64,000 nt of DNA from positions 576,001 through 640,000 of the forward strand of contig CAXXKJ010000002.1 in NCBI GenBank assembly GCA_963675295.2. Direction: 5' to 3'. Position numbers and translations under genes: made by a program. Numbering within the stretch: position 1 is the first letter of the stretch; each line of letters opens with the position of its first letter. The notes under the pieces are model-generated. The model did not search any database and had not been told where the DNA came from. It saw only the letters and a list, made by a program, of their open reading frames with translations. This DNA is from a bacterium (lineage in GTDB: Bacteria; Electryoneota; Electryoneia; Electryoneales; Electryoneaceae). Below are positions 17,461 through 27,663 of this stretch, piece after piece.

Positions 17461-19810
17461 GGCCGTGACGTCAGCAAAGCCAATTATCGTCACCGGATCG
17501 CACCGGTCGGGGACGACGTGGGCGGGGAAGATGCTCGCGTTGCTGCCGCAGGTGCAGTATCTCCAGGAACCGCTCAACCACAACGACAATCCGGTTCGAC
17601 GCGGGTTGTTCCGTTTCACCCCGCCGCACTGGTACCAGTACATCTGTGCGGACAACGAGGAACAATATCTCGCCGAATTTCGGCGTGTGTTCGCCTTCCG
17701 GTTCGATATCGCGAACGCGTTGAAGTACGTAAAGGTGGATGAGACCAGCTACGGCGAGGACGAGCTGAAGCTGATCGAGGCGTATGCTGGCTTCGCGAAC
17801 GCCCACCTGCAGCGTAAGATCCCATTGATCAAGGACCCGTTCGTGGTGGTGTCGCTGCCGTGGTTTGAGCAGCGGTTCGGCGCTCGGCCGGTGGTGCTCG
17901 TGCGTCACCCGGCGGCGTTTGTCAGCAGCCTGCTGCGGTTGGGCTGGAAGCACGGCCTCGACGAATACACCGCGCAGCCGCTCCTGATGCGGGACTTTCC
18001 GGTGGAGGACGACCGCGACCTTGAACTGCAGGAGAAATACAAGCGCGAGGGTAACGACGCTGCGACGGCGGCGTTGGGCTGGAAGTACCTGCACAGCGTG
18101 ATCGCGCGGCATCAGGACAAGCATCCGGACTGGATTTATGTACGGCATGAGGACCTGTCCCGTGATCCGGAAACGGAATTCGGCGCATTGTACCAGCGGT
18201 TGGGGTTGCCGTACACGGGTCCGGTGCGTGCGGCGATCCGGGCGCATTCCGGCTCGGACAATCCGCAGGAGCTCAATGAGAATCAGCCGCACGCGATTCG
18301 TCTCGACAGCGCGGCGAACATCATGAACTGGCGGCACCGGCTCGATCCGGCGACGGTGGATCTGATCCGTGAGCTGACGGAGAATGTGGCCGGGAGGTTC
18401 TACAGCGATGCCGACTGGGAGGCGGATGAGGCGGAGACGGACAAACCGGTCCATCCGGTCACGGCACCAGTGGCGTCAGAGGTAAATGTGGGGCCGGGCC
18501 GGAAGAAGATTGTGATCGTGTCGATGTCGGACAGCGGTGGCGCAGGCACGGCGGCGTGGCGGCTGCATCGTGGTCTGCAGGCGGCCGGGCAGGACTCGAC
18601 GATGCTGGTCGGCACGAAGAAGCGGCAGGACCCGACGGTGAAGGTGTTGCCGTTGGGTGCGGGCGACGGCGATGTGACGTTGCTCGACGCCGATCCATCG
18701 AACGCCGTGTGGCAACATGCCGCAGAACGCTGGCGGCGGAACATGACGTCCTATCCGAATCGCCCGCCGGGATTGGAAACGTTCACCGATGGGCGCTCTG
18801 AGATTCGGTTGGATCGGGTGCGGGAGATTCGGGACGCGGATGTTGTCAACCTGCACTGGGTCGCGGGGGTGGTGGATGTGCCGACGGTCGCGCCGGCGTT
18901 GACAGGGAAGCCGGTGGTGTGGACGCTGCATGATTTGAACGCGTTCACCGGCGGCTGCCACTACGCGGCGGGGTGTACGAAGTACCGGGATACCTGCGGT
19001 GCGTGCCCGGCGCTGGGGTCGGATCGTGAGCAGGATCTGTCGCGGCGGACGTGGAGCGAACGCGAGGCGCTCTACCGGGAGCTGGATCTGCATGTGGTGA
19101 CGCCGTCCGCGTGGCTGGCGAATGAGGCGCGGAGTAGTGGTCTGTTGCGGGGCAGGGATGTGCGGCATATTCGCAACGCGCACCCGTTGGACGTGTTCAA
19201 GCCGCGCGACACTCGCGCTCTGCGGCAGAAACTCCAGCTTGCGGACGATGAACGCGTGATCCTGTTCGGCGCGGACGCGGTCAGCAACTTGCGGAAGGGA
19301 TTCGCGTTGCTCGAGCGGGCGTTGCCACACATGGCGCAGCGGTTGAATCCGGACGAACGGGTGGTGCTGTTGACGATGGGCCGCAAACCTGTGGCATTGA
19401 CTCCTCCCGCGACGATGCGTGTGCAGCATCTCGGGTCGCTGGCCGACGAGAACCGCATCGCGGCGGTGTACTCGCTGGCGGATCTGTTCGTGATCCCGTC
19501 GCTCGAGGATAATTTGCCGAATACGATTGCCGAAGCGCATGCGTGCGGCACACCAGCGGTCGGGTTTGCGATTGGCGGCATTCCGGAGATGATCGAGCAT
19601 CAGGTGGCCGGCTACCTGGCGAAACCGTTCGAGGTGCGAGATCTGGCGGCGGGGCTGGCGTGGACCTTGGACGCGGTGCGAGGCGACGCCGGGATGCGTC
19701 AACGGTGCCGGGACCACGCCGAACGGGACTATGATCACGCACGTCAGGCGGCGGAATATGTCGCGCTGTTTGATGAACTGCTTGCCGAATCGACCGTTCC
19801 CGCAGAGTAA
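17453..19810 (+). CDS. Sulfotransferase - GT4 (WcaC-like) fusion
   Basis: PAPS loop [23 protein letters not shown]; then [40 protein letters not shown]. Confidence 0.9.
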   Translation: MNEAVTSAKPIIVTGSHRSGTTWAGKMLALLPQVQYLQEPLNHNDNPVRRGLFRFTPPHWYQYICADNEEQYLAEFRRVFAFRFDIANALKYVKVDETSYGEDELKLIEAYAGFANAHLQRKIPLIKDPFVVVSLPWFEQRFGARPVVLVRHPAAFVSSLLRLGWKHGLDEYTAQPLLMRDFPVEDDRDLELQEKYKREGNDAATAALGWKYLHSVIARHQDKHPDWIYVRHEDLSRDPETEFGALYQRLGLPYTGPVRAAIRAHSGSDNPQELNENQPHAIRLDSAANIMNWRHRLDPATVDLIRELTENVAGRFYSDADWEADEAETDKPVHPVTAPVASEVNVGPGRKKIVIVSMSDSGGAGTAAWRLHRGLQAAGQDSTMLVGTKKRQDPTVKVLPLGAGDGDVTLLDADPSNAVWQHAAERWRRNMTSYPNRPPGLETFTDGRSEIRLDRVREIRDADVVNLHWVAGVVDVPTVAPALTGKPVVWTLHDLNAFTGGCHYAAGCTKYRDTCGACPALGSDREQDLSRRTWSEREALYRELDLHVVTPSAWLANEARSSGLLRGRDVRHIRNAHPLDVFKPRDTRALRQKLQLADDERVILFGADAVSNLRKGFALLERALPHMAQRLNPDERVVLLTMGRKPVALTPPATMRVQHLGSLADENRIAAVYSLADLFVIPSLEDNLPNTIAEAHACGTPAVGFAIGGIPEMIEHQVAGYLAKPFEVRDLAAGLAWTLDAVRGDAGMRQRCRDHAERDYDHARQAAEYVALFDELLAESTVPAE

Positions 19811-19811
19811 A

Positions 19812-19874
19812 CCACGACATGAATGTCGTGGGCATGTCCCCCAGATGAATGCCCCGACCAGCTTGCTGGTCGGG
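19812..19874. repeat. Inverted doublet of REP-like hairpins
   Basis: CCACGAC-ATGAAT-GTCGTGG-GCAT, then ATGC-CCCGACCAG-CTTG-CTGGTCGGG. Confidence 0.7.
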
Positions 19875-20074
19875 CTCAACGTCCGCTGATCGGCAGGGGG
19901 CACAGTTTGCCCCCTCGAGGTCAATCTCCTCCGCATTTCTCCAGATACAGGGAAGGTTGAAGTCAACACTGGAAGTTCGCCGGTTGTATCCAGCCCACAT
20001 GATTCAATTGAAATAATCAGGAGTTACGTGATTCACTAGCGTGTATTCTCCGTCCCGCCAACCTCCCATCCCCT

Positions 20075-20091
20075 CTGGCCCCCTGTTTGCT
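20075..20091 (+). promoter_or_regulatory. Sigma54 (-24/-12) promoter of the second glycan operon
   Basis: CTGGCCCCCTGTTTGCT (GG-N10-GC with TTGC), preceded by an AT-rich stretch at ~20000-20030. Confidence 0.6.
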
Positions 20092-20197
20092 CGAAGCTGT
20101 TGTGGAAAACCGTGCCGCGCTCTCTCGCCCGTTTTCAGACGGGACCTAAACCGAGTGAGAACAGGTGGTTACGGTTGATGAACGAGGGCAGTCGATC

Positions 20198-20950
20198 ATG
20201 CCGACCCACATCGCCGCCGCGCGACGTACCGCGGCTCTGGAATCTGTGCTCGGGTACCTGAGCGACCTCAGCGAAACGATTGAGCGGGTCAATGTCGATC
20301 CGATCGTGGATGTGGTCCGTGTGCTGGAGGAGGCGTTCGCCGAGGGCAGCACGGTGTACATCGCGGGCAATGGCGGCAGCGCGTCTACCGCCTCGCATTT
20401 CGCCGTTGATCTGGCGAAAACGGTCCGTGGCTACCCGCCGGGGCCGTCGTCCGACGGTTTCCAGGTCTGGTCGTTGGCGGACAATGTCGGCCTGATCACG
20501 GCGTGGGCGAACGATGAGGGCTACGATCGTGTCTTCAGCGAGCAGGTGCTGCGTGTGGGGCAGCCGGGTGATGTGCTGATCGTGATCTCGGGCAGCGGCA
20601 ACTCGGAAAATGTGGTCAAGGCGGTCGAAGCCGCACAGGAACAATCGATGATCACCATCGGATTCCTTGGCATGGGCGGCGGCAAACTCGGGCCGATGGT
20701 CGATTATCCGGTGGTGATCCAGTCGGACGATTACGGCGTCATCGAAGACGCGCACATGGTGCTGGTGCACCTGGTCGCGCGGCATTTCCGGCTCGTGGAC
20801 AAGAAGAAGCTGAAGAAGGAAACGCGGCAGATCGTGCGTGAAAGTAACGGCGTCACGCCACCGTTGACGCTGCACGGTGGCATCGAACGCAAGCGCAACA
20901 AGCATGGCCGTTGGATTGTGACGCGAACCAATTCCCGGAACGGCGCGTGA
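20198..20950 (+). CDS. gmhA: Phosphoheptose isomerase (SIS domain) with a basic C-terminal extension
   Basis: AGNGGSASTASHF, TAWAND, ISGSGNSENV, IEDAHM; start uncertain (20165 or 20198). Confidence 0.88.
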   Translation: MPTHIAAARRTAALESVLGYLSDLSETIERVNVDPIVDVVRVLEEAFAEGSTVYIAGNGGSASTASHFAVDLAKTVRGYPPGPSSDGFQVWSLADNVGLITAWANDEGYDRVFSEQVLRVGQPGDVLIVISGSGNSENVVKAVEAAQEQSMITIGFLGMGGGKLGPMVDYPVVIQSDDYGVIEDAHMVLVHLVARHFRLVDKKKLKKETRQIVRESNGVTPPLTLHGGIERKRNKHGRWIVTRTNSRNGA

Positions 20951-23900
20951 CCGGGCGGCAGAAATACAGCACCGGTTTGTTCTCGGATAAACCGTTCGCG
21001 CGGGTCTATCACTACCACATCCGGAAGACTGGCGGCACGAGCCTGAACTACGCGTTTTTCCGGCTGTCGGGTGACGATCCGAAGCAGCTGTACGCCCGCA
21101 TCAACGAACACGGCGCGGTCACTTCCGGCGGGATTCGCTATGTCGGTTGGCGGCGTCCGTTAATCGCGGCGGGGAACTGGGATTACGGGTTTGCGCATGC
21201 GGCGTTCCACAACGTCGGCATGCCGGATGATACATACACCTTCACCGTGCTGCGTGACCCGGCGGCGCGGGTGTTGTCGCATTACAAGATGTTGCTGCAC
21301 ATGCGGGACCATGAACCGAACCATCCGGGCTACATCAAGGAAGCGTCGTGGATTGACGGCGGTTTTGACGGATTTCTCGAGCGCATGGACCGGCGTGAAT
21401 TGTTGCGGCAGGTGTTCATGTTCTCGCGCGAGATGAACGTGGACGAAGCGTTGCAGAATCTCGGCTGGGTCGACCGTGTGCTGCTGCTGGATGACAACTT
21501 CGAAGACGATCTCGAAGCCCTGCGCGGCGACATCAGCCTGGACCTGCAGTACATCCACGAACGTGCCGCAAAAGCGGAGTTTCAGCCATCGGATGACCAA
21601 CACGCGCGCCTGCGTGAACTGCTGGAACCGGAATACCGGCTGTACGACGAGATGACGAAAACGCTGCGGTCCAATACCGTGGCAAAGGATCACACAACCG
21701 AGCCCGTGACGATGAACGAAACGCCACGCAACACACCCAATCCCGCCGATCCTGTCGAAACCGCCTACCGCGACCTGTGGAAGAAGAAGCTCAGCGACGA
21801 TGAGTGGTTGAAGAATGACGGACGCGGTCGTGTCGAATACGCAGCGAACCTGCTGCGCGGGGCGTTACGTCCCGAGCACCGTGTGCTTGACATCGGCTGC
21901 GGGCGCGGCACGTTGGGCATCAAGCTCGGCCGCCGGGACGGCATTTTCGGCGTCGACCTCGCGCCGGAAGCGGTGACGAAGGCTAAGGAAGTGTACGAAG
22001 ACGCACGTGTGGTCAACATCGACGCCGAGCCGTTGCCGTGGCCGGACAACACGTTCGAATTCGTGGTCTACCTCGATGTGATCGAGCATGTGTTCGATCC
22101 GCGGGTCGGGCTGCGTGAGATCAAACGGGTGCTCAAGCCCGGCGGCAAGCTGCTGCTTTCAACGCCGAACATTCTGGCGCACATCGACAAGATGCGGGAG
22201 ACGAAACGCTTCCCGAAGACCAGCGGCGACCCGGAACCGTACGATGGCGGCCACCTGCATTTCTTCACCTACCAGGATATCTACGATCTGCTGGAGCTGA
22301 CAGGGTTTGCCGAGTCGCAGCACGCCAGCCCGAAGGGCAATGATCCGAACTACGAGTTCAGTGACAAGATGGTCTGGGTTGTTGGCACGAAGGGAATTCA
22401 GCCGGAATCCGGGCGTGGCGAAACGAACGAGGAAGTAACTCCATATAAGGGTGCAGCGCCGGACCCTACTCCGGCCACCACGCCTGAGAAATCGGTGAAT
22501 GTCAACACGCGGAAGGCGTTTGACGTGCCGGTAGCGGTGGTGGCGTACAACCGTCCGGACCACACCCGCCAGGTGCTGGAATCGCTACAGGACTATGGCG
22601 TTGAGCGGCTGTACCTGTTCGCCGATGCGCCGAAGACGCCAGAACACGCGGAGACGGTCGGGCAGACGCGTGAGCTGCTGCGGTCGGTGAACTGGACGAA
22701 GGTTGAGTTGATCGAGCGTGACCAGAATTATGGTCTCGCCAGGTCGATTGTCGCGTCGGCAAATCACGTGTTCGCGAAACACGACCGGCTGCTGCTGCTG
22801 GAAGACGATATCGTCCCGTTCCCGAGCCTGTTCCCGTTCCTTGAAGCGGCGCTCGACAAGTACGCGGACAATCCCCGCGTGACCGGAGTCTCCGGGTATG
22901 GCGTGCCGCAACCGGAAACGGTGAAGCAACGGTATCCGTATGACGCATGGTTCTTCCCGCGCATCTCGAGCTGGGGCTGGGCGACGTGGAAACGGGCGTG
23001 GCAGCGATTCGATCCGAACCTGCCGAAGTTGGTGGACGAAGCGGCGCGTGCGAACCTCGACCTGACGATGGGCGGCACCGACCTCGTGCGCAATCTGCAG
23101 CATGCGTTGGACGGCCGGGACATCTGGACGATGAACTGGATGATCCGGTTGATGCTGGACGGCGGCGTGTTCCTGTACCCGGTGGAATCGCAGGTGCGAA
23201 ACGTCGGAATGGACGGCACCGGGCTGCACTGCGGCGTGACGGATAAGTTCGACGTGAAGCCGCCGAGCCGCACGCCGGACTGTCTGCCGGACGAGATCGT
23301 GATCGATCCCGACTTGGCGAAAACGTTCTACGCGTACTACGACAAGAAGGGCACGCAGCGGAACCTGAATGTGGAGGCGATTGGTTCCTTTCCAGTGAAA
23401 CGGTTGACGGCAAACGCCCCCGCCGCACCGGAAGTGAACAACCCCGCACAGGTCAACGGGAACGGGTCCACGGCAACGAACGGAACCGGATCGAGCGTGA
23501 ACGGCAACGGAACGTCCGCTGCCGGGTTGGACGATCCGAACGTCATGCTCGAGATCGCTGTGCGTGAGATGGAGGGCGGCGACGCCACGTCGGCGTTGGC
23601 CAAGCTGGACATCGTGCTGGAAGCCGAGGGCGCGATTCCGAACCTGAACCTGGTGCGTGCGATCTGTCTGCAGCGGTTGGGCCGGATCGACGACGCATTA
23701 CACGCCACCCGAGCTGAGCTCGCGGCGCATGTGTATAACCGTGACGCGCAGATGTACGAACAGGTGCTGATCCGTCAGCTGCAGGCGAACGCCGGCGGAC
23801 CAGCAAAATCTAGCAGTGATAACGGTTTCCACGGGTACGACGTGGCGGCGGCAAGCAAGGAAGCTGCCGAATCTACACATCCGGCAACCCCGCCGGCGAG

Positions 23901-25077
23901 GTCTGAGAAGTCGGCTATTAAGGTTTTGACTCCAAACTATCTGGATGATTGCAATCCGGATCTGATTGTCTTCATCTCGGATGAACCACGCAGCCGTGAA
24001 GCGAAACTCGCGCACGGTCTGAAGCAGGCCGGGAAACAGGTTGTGTTGCTGTACAAGCAGACGCCGACGTTTGATCCCTCTCGATTCTTTGTGGAATCGT
24101 TGCCGTACACCACTCCCGTTGAGGCGGTGCAGCTGGCACGGACGTGGCGCCCGTTGGCGTTTCATGTCTTCGCCAACTGGAATTTCGAGACGGCGAAGGC
24201 GGTGATCGAAGCGCGTCCCGGGCCGGTCTTGTTTGACGATTACGACGTGATGACCGGCATGCTACAGGACGAGGTGATCGCGAGGAAACACCCGGGGAAG
24301 CCGGAGGCGGAGCGGTTCTGCCTGGAACATGCTGACGGGTTGGTCGCTCGTCACCTGGAACTGCGGTATCTGCGCCGCACGCTCGGTTTCAAGCTGCCGC
24401 CGCGATTGCTGGCGGTGGACGGTTGCTGGGCGGAGATGACGGACAACCCGGAGGGGAAGTTGTCCTCGCACACCGGCAAGGTTCACGTAGTGACTTGCGG
24501 CAACTATAATCCGAGCGATCCGGCGGATGAGGGTGATGTGGTGTATGTGTATGAGGTCGCGCGCATTCTGCATGAGGCCGGAATGCGGTATCACATCTAC
24601 CCGTCCTCGCCGAAGCTGGCGAAACGGACACGGCAGGGCATGCGTGACCAGGGGCTTGGTAAGGCGTTGGGCCGAACAGTTCATGTGCACGAACCGATTC
24701 CACCGGATGATCTGATCCCAACGCTCGCCCGCTATGACTACGGGCTGCACATCCTCTCGAACAAGGTGAACGGAATACGTCACCGGTACGAGCTGCGTAA
24801 GTACGAGCACGCCACCGCGAACAAGATTTTTGATTTCATCGACGCTGGACTGCACATCCTGGTGCATGGCGGAAAATTCCAGCGCTTCCTCAGCACGCGG
24901 TACGGTCATGGCCGCCAGCTGCATTCGTTGGATGAATTTCGCGGGTTGACGGTTCCGCCGCCGGTGCCGCCGGTGCCGGCTGCGTATCGCGTTGACCGGA
25001 TCGCACGGAATCTGGTTGGATTCTACGAACGTATCGCTGAGAATGTGCCGCTTCCGGCGGAGGAGGTGGCGGTATGA
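20947..25077 (+). CDS. Giant fusion: sulfotransferase-like - SAM methyltransferase - GT2-like - TPR - GT-B-like domain
   Basis: HIRKTGGTS and LRDPAARVLSHY; VLDIGCGRG/DVIEHV; YNRPDHT/LEDD/SSWGWATW/NVGMDGTG; TPR helices; GTG start overlaps the gmhA stop (GTGA). Confidence 0.85.
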   Translation: MTGRQKYSTGLFSDKPFARVYHYHIRKTGGTSLNYAFFRLSGDDPKQLYARINEHGAVTSGGIRYVGWRRPLIAAGNWDYGFAHAAFHNVGMPDDTYTFTVLRDPAARVLSHYKMLLHMRDHEPNHPGYIKEASWIDGGFDGFLERMDRRELLRQVFMFSREMNVDEALQNLGWVDRVLLLDDNFEDDLEALRGDISLDLQYIHERAAKAEFQPSDDQHARLRELLEPEYRLYDEMTKTLRSNTVAKDHTTEPVTMNETPRNTPNPADPVETAYRDLWKKKLSDDEWLKNDGRGRVEYAANLLRGALRPEHRVLDIGCGRGTLGIKLGRRDGIFGVDLAPEAVTKAKEVYEDARVVNIDAEPLPWPDNTFEFVVYLDVIEHVFDPRVGLREIKRVLKPGGKLLLSTPNILAHIDKMRETKRFPKTSGDPEPYDGGHLHFFTYQDIYDLLELTGFAESQHASPKGNDPNYEFSDKMVWVVGTKGIQPESGRGETNEEVTPYKGAAPDPTPATTPEKSVNVNTRKAFDVPVAVVAYNRPDHTRQVLESLQDYGVERLYLFADAPKTPEHAETVGQTRELLRSVNWTKVELIERDQNYGLARSIVASANHVFAKHDRLLLLEDDIVPFPSLFPFLEAALDKYADNPRVTGVSGYGVPQPETVKQRYPYDAWFFPRISSWGWATWKRAWQRFDPNLPKLVDEAARANLDLTMGGTDLVRNLQHALDGRDIWTMNWMIRLMLDGGVFLYPVESQVRNVGMDGTGLHCGVTDKFDVKPPSRTPDCLPDEIVIDPDLAKTFYAYYDKKGTQRNLNVEAIGSFPVKRLTANAPAAPEVNNPAQVNGNGSTATNGTGSSVNGNGTSAAGLDDPNVMLEIAVREMEGGDATSALAKLDIVLEAEGAIPNLNLVRAICLQRLGRIDDALHATRAELAAHVYNRDAQMYEQVLIRQLQANAGGPAKSSSDNGFHGYDVAAASKEAAESTHPATPPARSEKSAIKVLTPNYLDDCNPDLIVFISDEPRSREAKLAHGLKQAGKQVVLLYKQTPTFDPSRFFVESLPYTTPVEAVQLARTWRPLAFHVFANWNFETAKAVIEARPGPVLFDDYDVMTGMLQDEVIARKHPGKPEAERFCLEHADGLVARHLELRYLRRTLGFKLPPRLLAVDGCWAEMTDNPEGKLSSHTGKVHVVTCGNYNPSDPADEGDVVYVYEVARILHEAGMRYHIYPSSPKLAKRTRQGMRDQGLGKALGRTVHVHEPIPPDDLIPTLARYDYGLHILSNKVNGIRHRYELRKYEHATANKIFDFIDAGLHILVHGGKFQRFLSTRYGHGRQLHSLDEFRGLTVPPPVPPVPAAYRVDRIARNLVGFYERIAENVPLPAEEVAV

Positions 25078-25994
25078 CGAAGCCCCGGATCCTGGTCCTC
25101 GGTGAGAAACCACAGGGAGCAACCTGGCTGTCGATGGCGTTGCAGTCGGACCTGTTTGAAGTTGTCGCCGGCGTACCCCGTTACAGCGACAAGAATGTTT
25201 GGTGGGACGGCGAGTTCTTCGAGGCGATTCTTCGTGCGAACAGCATCCCGGTGATCAAGCGCAAGCAGGTGCTGGAGTACGATTACGATATCCTGTGGTC
25301 GATGATGTACGGGTACATCATCGAGGCGGAGTTGATTGAGCAGGCAAAATTCGGGCTAAATCTGCATGAGTCGCCATTGCCGCGCTACCGTGGCTGCAAT
25401 GGCTATTCGCACTCGATCCTCGAGAACGATTCGACCTACGGCACTACCCTGCAGTTCCTTCATCCGATTCTCGATCAGGGCGACATCATCGACCAGGAGA
25501 TCTTCGCGATCCATCCGGACGAAACGGCGAAGGATCTGTATGTCCGCACGATGAGCGTCTCCAACGAAATTTTCCGCCGCAACCTGAAGCAGATCGCGAC
25601 GTTGGACATTCGCGGACATACGATGGATACGGAGTCCGAACCGATCCGCAAACGAAGCTCGTTGATGGAGCTGAAGGAAATACCGGCGGAAGAATCTGGC
25701 GATGTCGAGGCGATCTACCGGCGGGTTCGGGCGTTGGATTTCCTCCCCTTTGAACCGGTGTACATCGATACCGAGAAGGGCCGCTACTACCTGTTTGTGA
25801 ACGCGTCAACGGCACGTTTCGACCATCGGGAAGAAGGCAAGACGGTCACGAGTTTCAGCAGCCTGTTCGAGCTGGTGGGACAGGATCTGGCCGTGCTCAT
25901 GGTGACACCCCGTCCGATGGTCTGGATGCACGAGCCGCTGTATGCGGCGCGTTACCCGATGCTGCGGCCAACCTATTCGTGGGTGAAGACATGA
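25074..25994 (+). CDS. Formyltransferase (sugar N-formyltransferase/Fmt-like)
   Basis: LNLHESPLPRYRG, LDQGDII, VRALDF. Confidence 0.85.
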   Translation: MTKPRILVLGEKPQGATWLSMALQSDLFEVVAGVPRYSDKNVWWDGEFFEAILRANSIPVIKRKQVLEYDYDILWSMMYGYIIEAELIEQAKFGLNLHESPLPRYRGCNGYSHSILENDSTYGTTLQFLHPILDQGDIIDQEIFAIHPDETAKDLYVRTMSVSNEIFRRNLKQIATLDIRGHTMDTESEPIRKRSSLMELKEIPAEESGDVEAIYRRVRALDFLPFEPVYIDTEKGRYYLFVNASTARFDHREEGKTVTSFSSLFELVGQDLAVLMVTPRPMVWMHEPLYAARYPMLRPTYSWVKT

Positions 25995-26665
25995 ACGTTG
26001 AATTTTTTCCCAGTTCCAGCCGTGGGGCGGAGGAGCGCCGGGCGCTGGCAGAACAGATTCTGCGCGGGTCGGCGGTAAGCACGAGCTACCTCGATTTCGG
26101 CTACGACTACTTCGACAACCCGGCGCACGGGGTCGGGTATGGCGGCTACCGTTATGATGGCCGCTACGCCGAGGTCGCGCGGCGGATGGTGGAGCATTAC
26201 GGATTGAAACCGGGTGACCGTTTGCTGGAAATCGGCTGCGCGAAGGGGTTTCTGCTGGTCGAATTCCTCAAGCTGGGGATGGAGGTCGCCGGGTTCGATG
26301 TCAGCGACTACGCGGTGTCGAATTCGCACCCGCAGGTGCGTCCGTTCATCCGCAACGCTCCGGCTGTGGATATGCCGTTCCCGGATAGTCATTTCCAATT
26401 GGTGATCGGCAAGGAAGTGTTGCCGCATGTACCGCGCCCCGACCTGGAGGCGACGGTCCGGGAATGTGTTCGTGTCAGCAGCGGTAACCTGTTCTTCGAG
26501 ATTCAGTGCGGCACGACGGAGCGTGAATTGAGCTACATGCAGGCGTGGGACAGGACTCACCAGGTGTGTGAGACGCCGGCGTGGTGGAATGAGATGTTCG
26601 CGCGGGTGGGCTACCCGGGTGACGTCCATTACAAGGTGTTGATTCCAGAAGGAGAAGCGGTATGA
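25991..26665 (+). CDS. Class I SAM-dependent methyltransferase
   Basis: YFD...GYGGYRYDGR, LLEIGCAKGF, GFDVSDYA; ATGA overlap with the upstream gene. Confidence 0.9.
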   Translation: MNVEFFPSSSRGAEERRALAEQILRGSAVSTSYLDFGYDYFDNPAHGVGYGGYRYDGRYAEVARRMVEHYGLKPGDRLLEIGCAKGFLLVEFLKLGMEVAGFDVSDYAVSNSHPQVRPFIRNAPAVDMPFPDSHFQLVIGKEVLPHVPRPDLEATVRECVRVSSGNLFFEIQCGTTERELSYMQAWDRTHQVCETPAWWNEMFARVGYPGDVHYKVLIPEGEAV

Positions 26666-27660
26666 TCGGTCGCACGGTATACGTCACGGGCGGCGGTGGG
26701 TATGTCGGCAGCGCACTGGTGCCGGCGTTGCTGGACGCTGGCTACGTGGTCAAGGTGCTCGATCTGTTCATCTACGGGCGCGAGGTGCTGGACGCGGTCA
26801 AGGATCACCCGAAGCTGGAGCTGATCGAGGGCGACATCCGTGACGCGGACCTGATTCGCGGCACGATTGCCGGTAGTGATGCGGTGATCCATCTCGCGTG
26901 CATTTCGAACGATCCTTCCTTTGAACTCGATCCGGAGCTGGGCAAGTCGATCAACCTCGACGCGATGGAACCGCTGGTTGTTGCGGCGAAGGATGCCGGC
27001 GTGAAACGGTTCATTTACGCGTCATCGTCCAGTGTCTACGGTATCAAGGACGATCCGGATGTCACTGAGGATCTGCCGCTTGAACCATTGACCGACTACA
27101 GCCGGTTCAAGGTGATGGGCGAGGAAATTCTGTTCCGGCATGACAGCGAGGAGTTTGTCACCGCGGCGATCCGTCCGGCGACGGTCTGCGGCTATGCTCC
27201 GCGTCAACGGCTGGATGTGATCGTCAACATTCTGACCAACCACGCGGTGAATAACCGCCGCATCCGTGTCTTCGGAGGCGACCAACTGCGGCCGAACATC
27301 CACATCAGCGACATGGTGGATGTGTACCTGCTGATGCTGGAAGCTCCGGCGGAGAAGATCCGTCAGCAGGCGTTCAACGCCGGGTATCACAACCACAGCG
27401 TGCGCGCGTTGGCGGAGATGGTGAAAAATGAGGTCGGTCCGGACGGGATCGAGCTGGACGTCGAGCCGACGGATGACAACCGGTCGTATCACGTGTCGTC
27501 GCAGAAGCTGAAGGATACGCTTGGTTTTTCAGCGCAGCACAGCATCGAGGAAGCGGTGCGTGACCTGGTGCAGGCGTTCGAGGCGGGCAAGCTGCCTGAT
27601 TCGATGACGGATACCCGCTACTTCAACGTGAAGCGGATGAACGAACTGGCGCTGGTGTAA
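26662..27660 (+). CDS. NAD-dependent nucleotide-sugar epimerase/dehydratase (extended SDR)
   Basis: TGGGGYVG, HLACISNDPS, SSSSVYG, YSRFK, RPATVCG. Confidence 0.93.
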   Translation: MIGRTVYVTGGGGYVGSALVPALLDAGYVVKVLDLFIYGREVLDAVKDHPKLELIEGDIRDADLIRGTIAGSDAVIHLACISNDPSFELDPELGKSINLDAMEPLVVAAKDAGVKRFIYASSSSVYGIKDDPDVTEDLPLEPLTDYSRFKVMGEEILFRHDSEEFVTAAIRPATVCGYAPRQRLDVIVNILTNHAVNNRRIRVFGGDQLRPNIHISDMVDVYLLMLEAPAEKIRQQAFNAGYHNHSVRALAEMVKNEVGPDGIELDVEPTDDNRSYHVSSQKLKDTLGFSAQHSIEEAVRDLVQAFEAGKLPDSMTDTRYFNVKRMNELALV

Positions 27661-27663
27661 ACG

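Noticed and set aside
20012-20028. IHF site upstream of the second sigma54 promoter
   Set aside because: AATCAGGAGTTA is one base short of the WATCAR-N4-TTR spacing, so it was not called.
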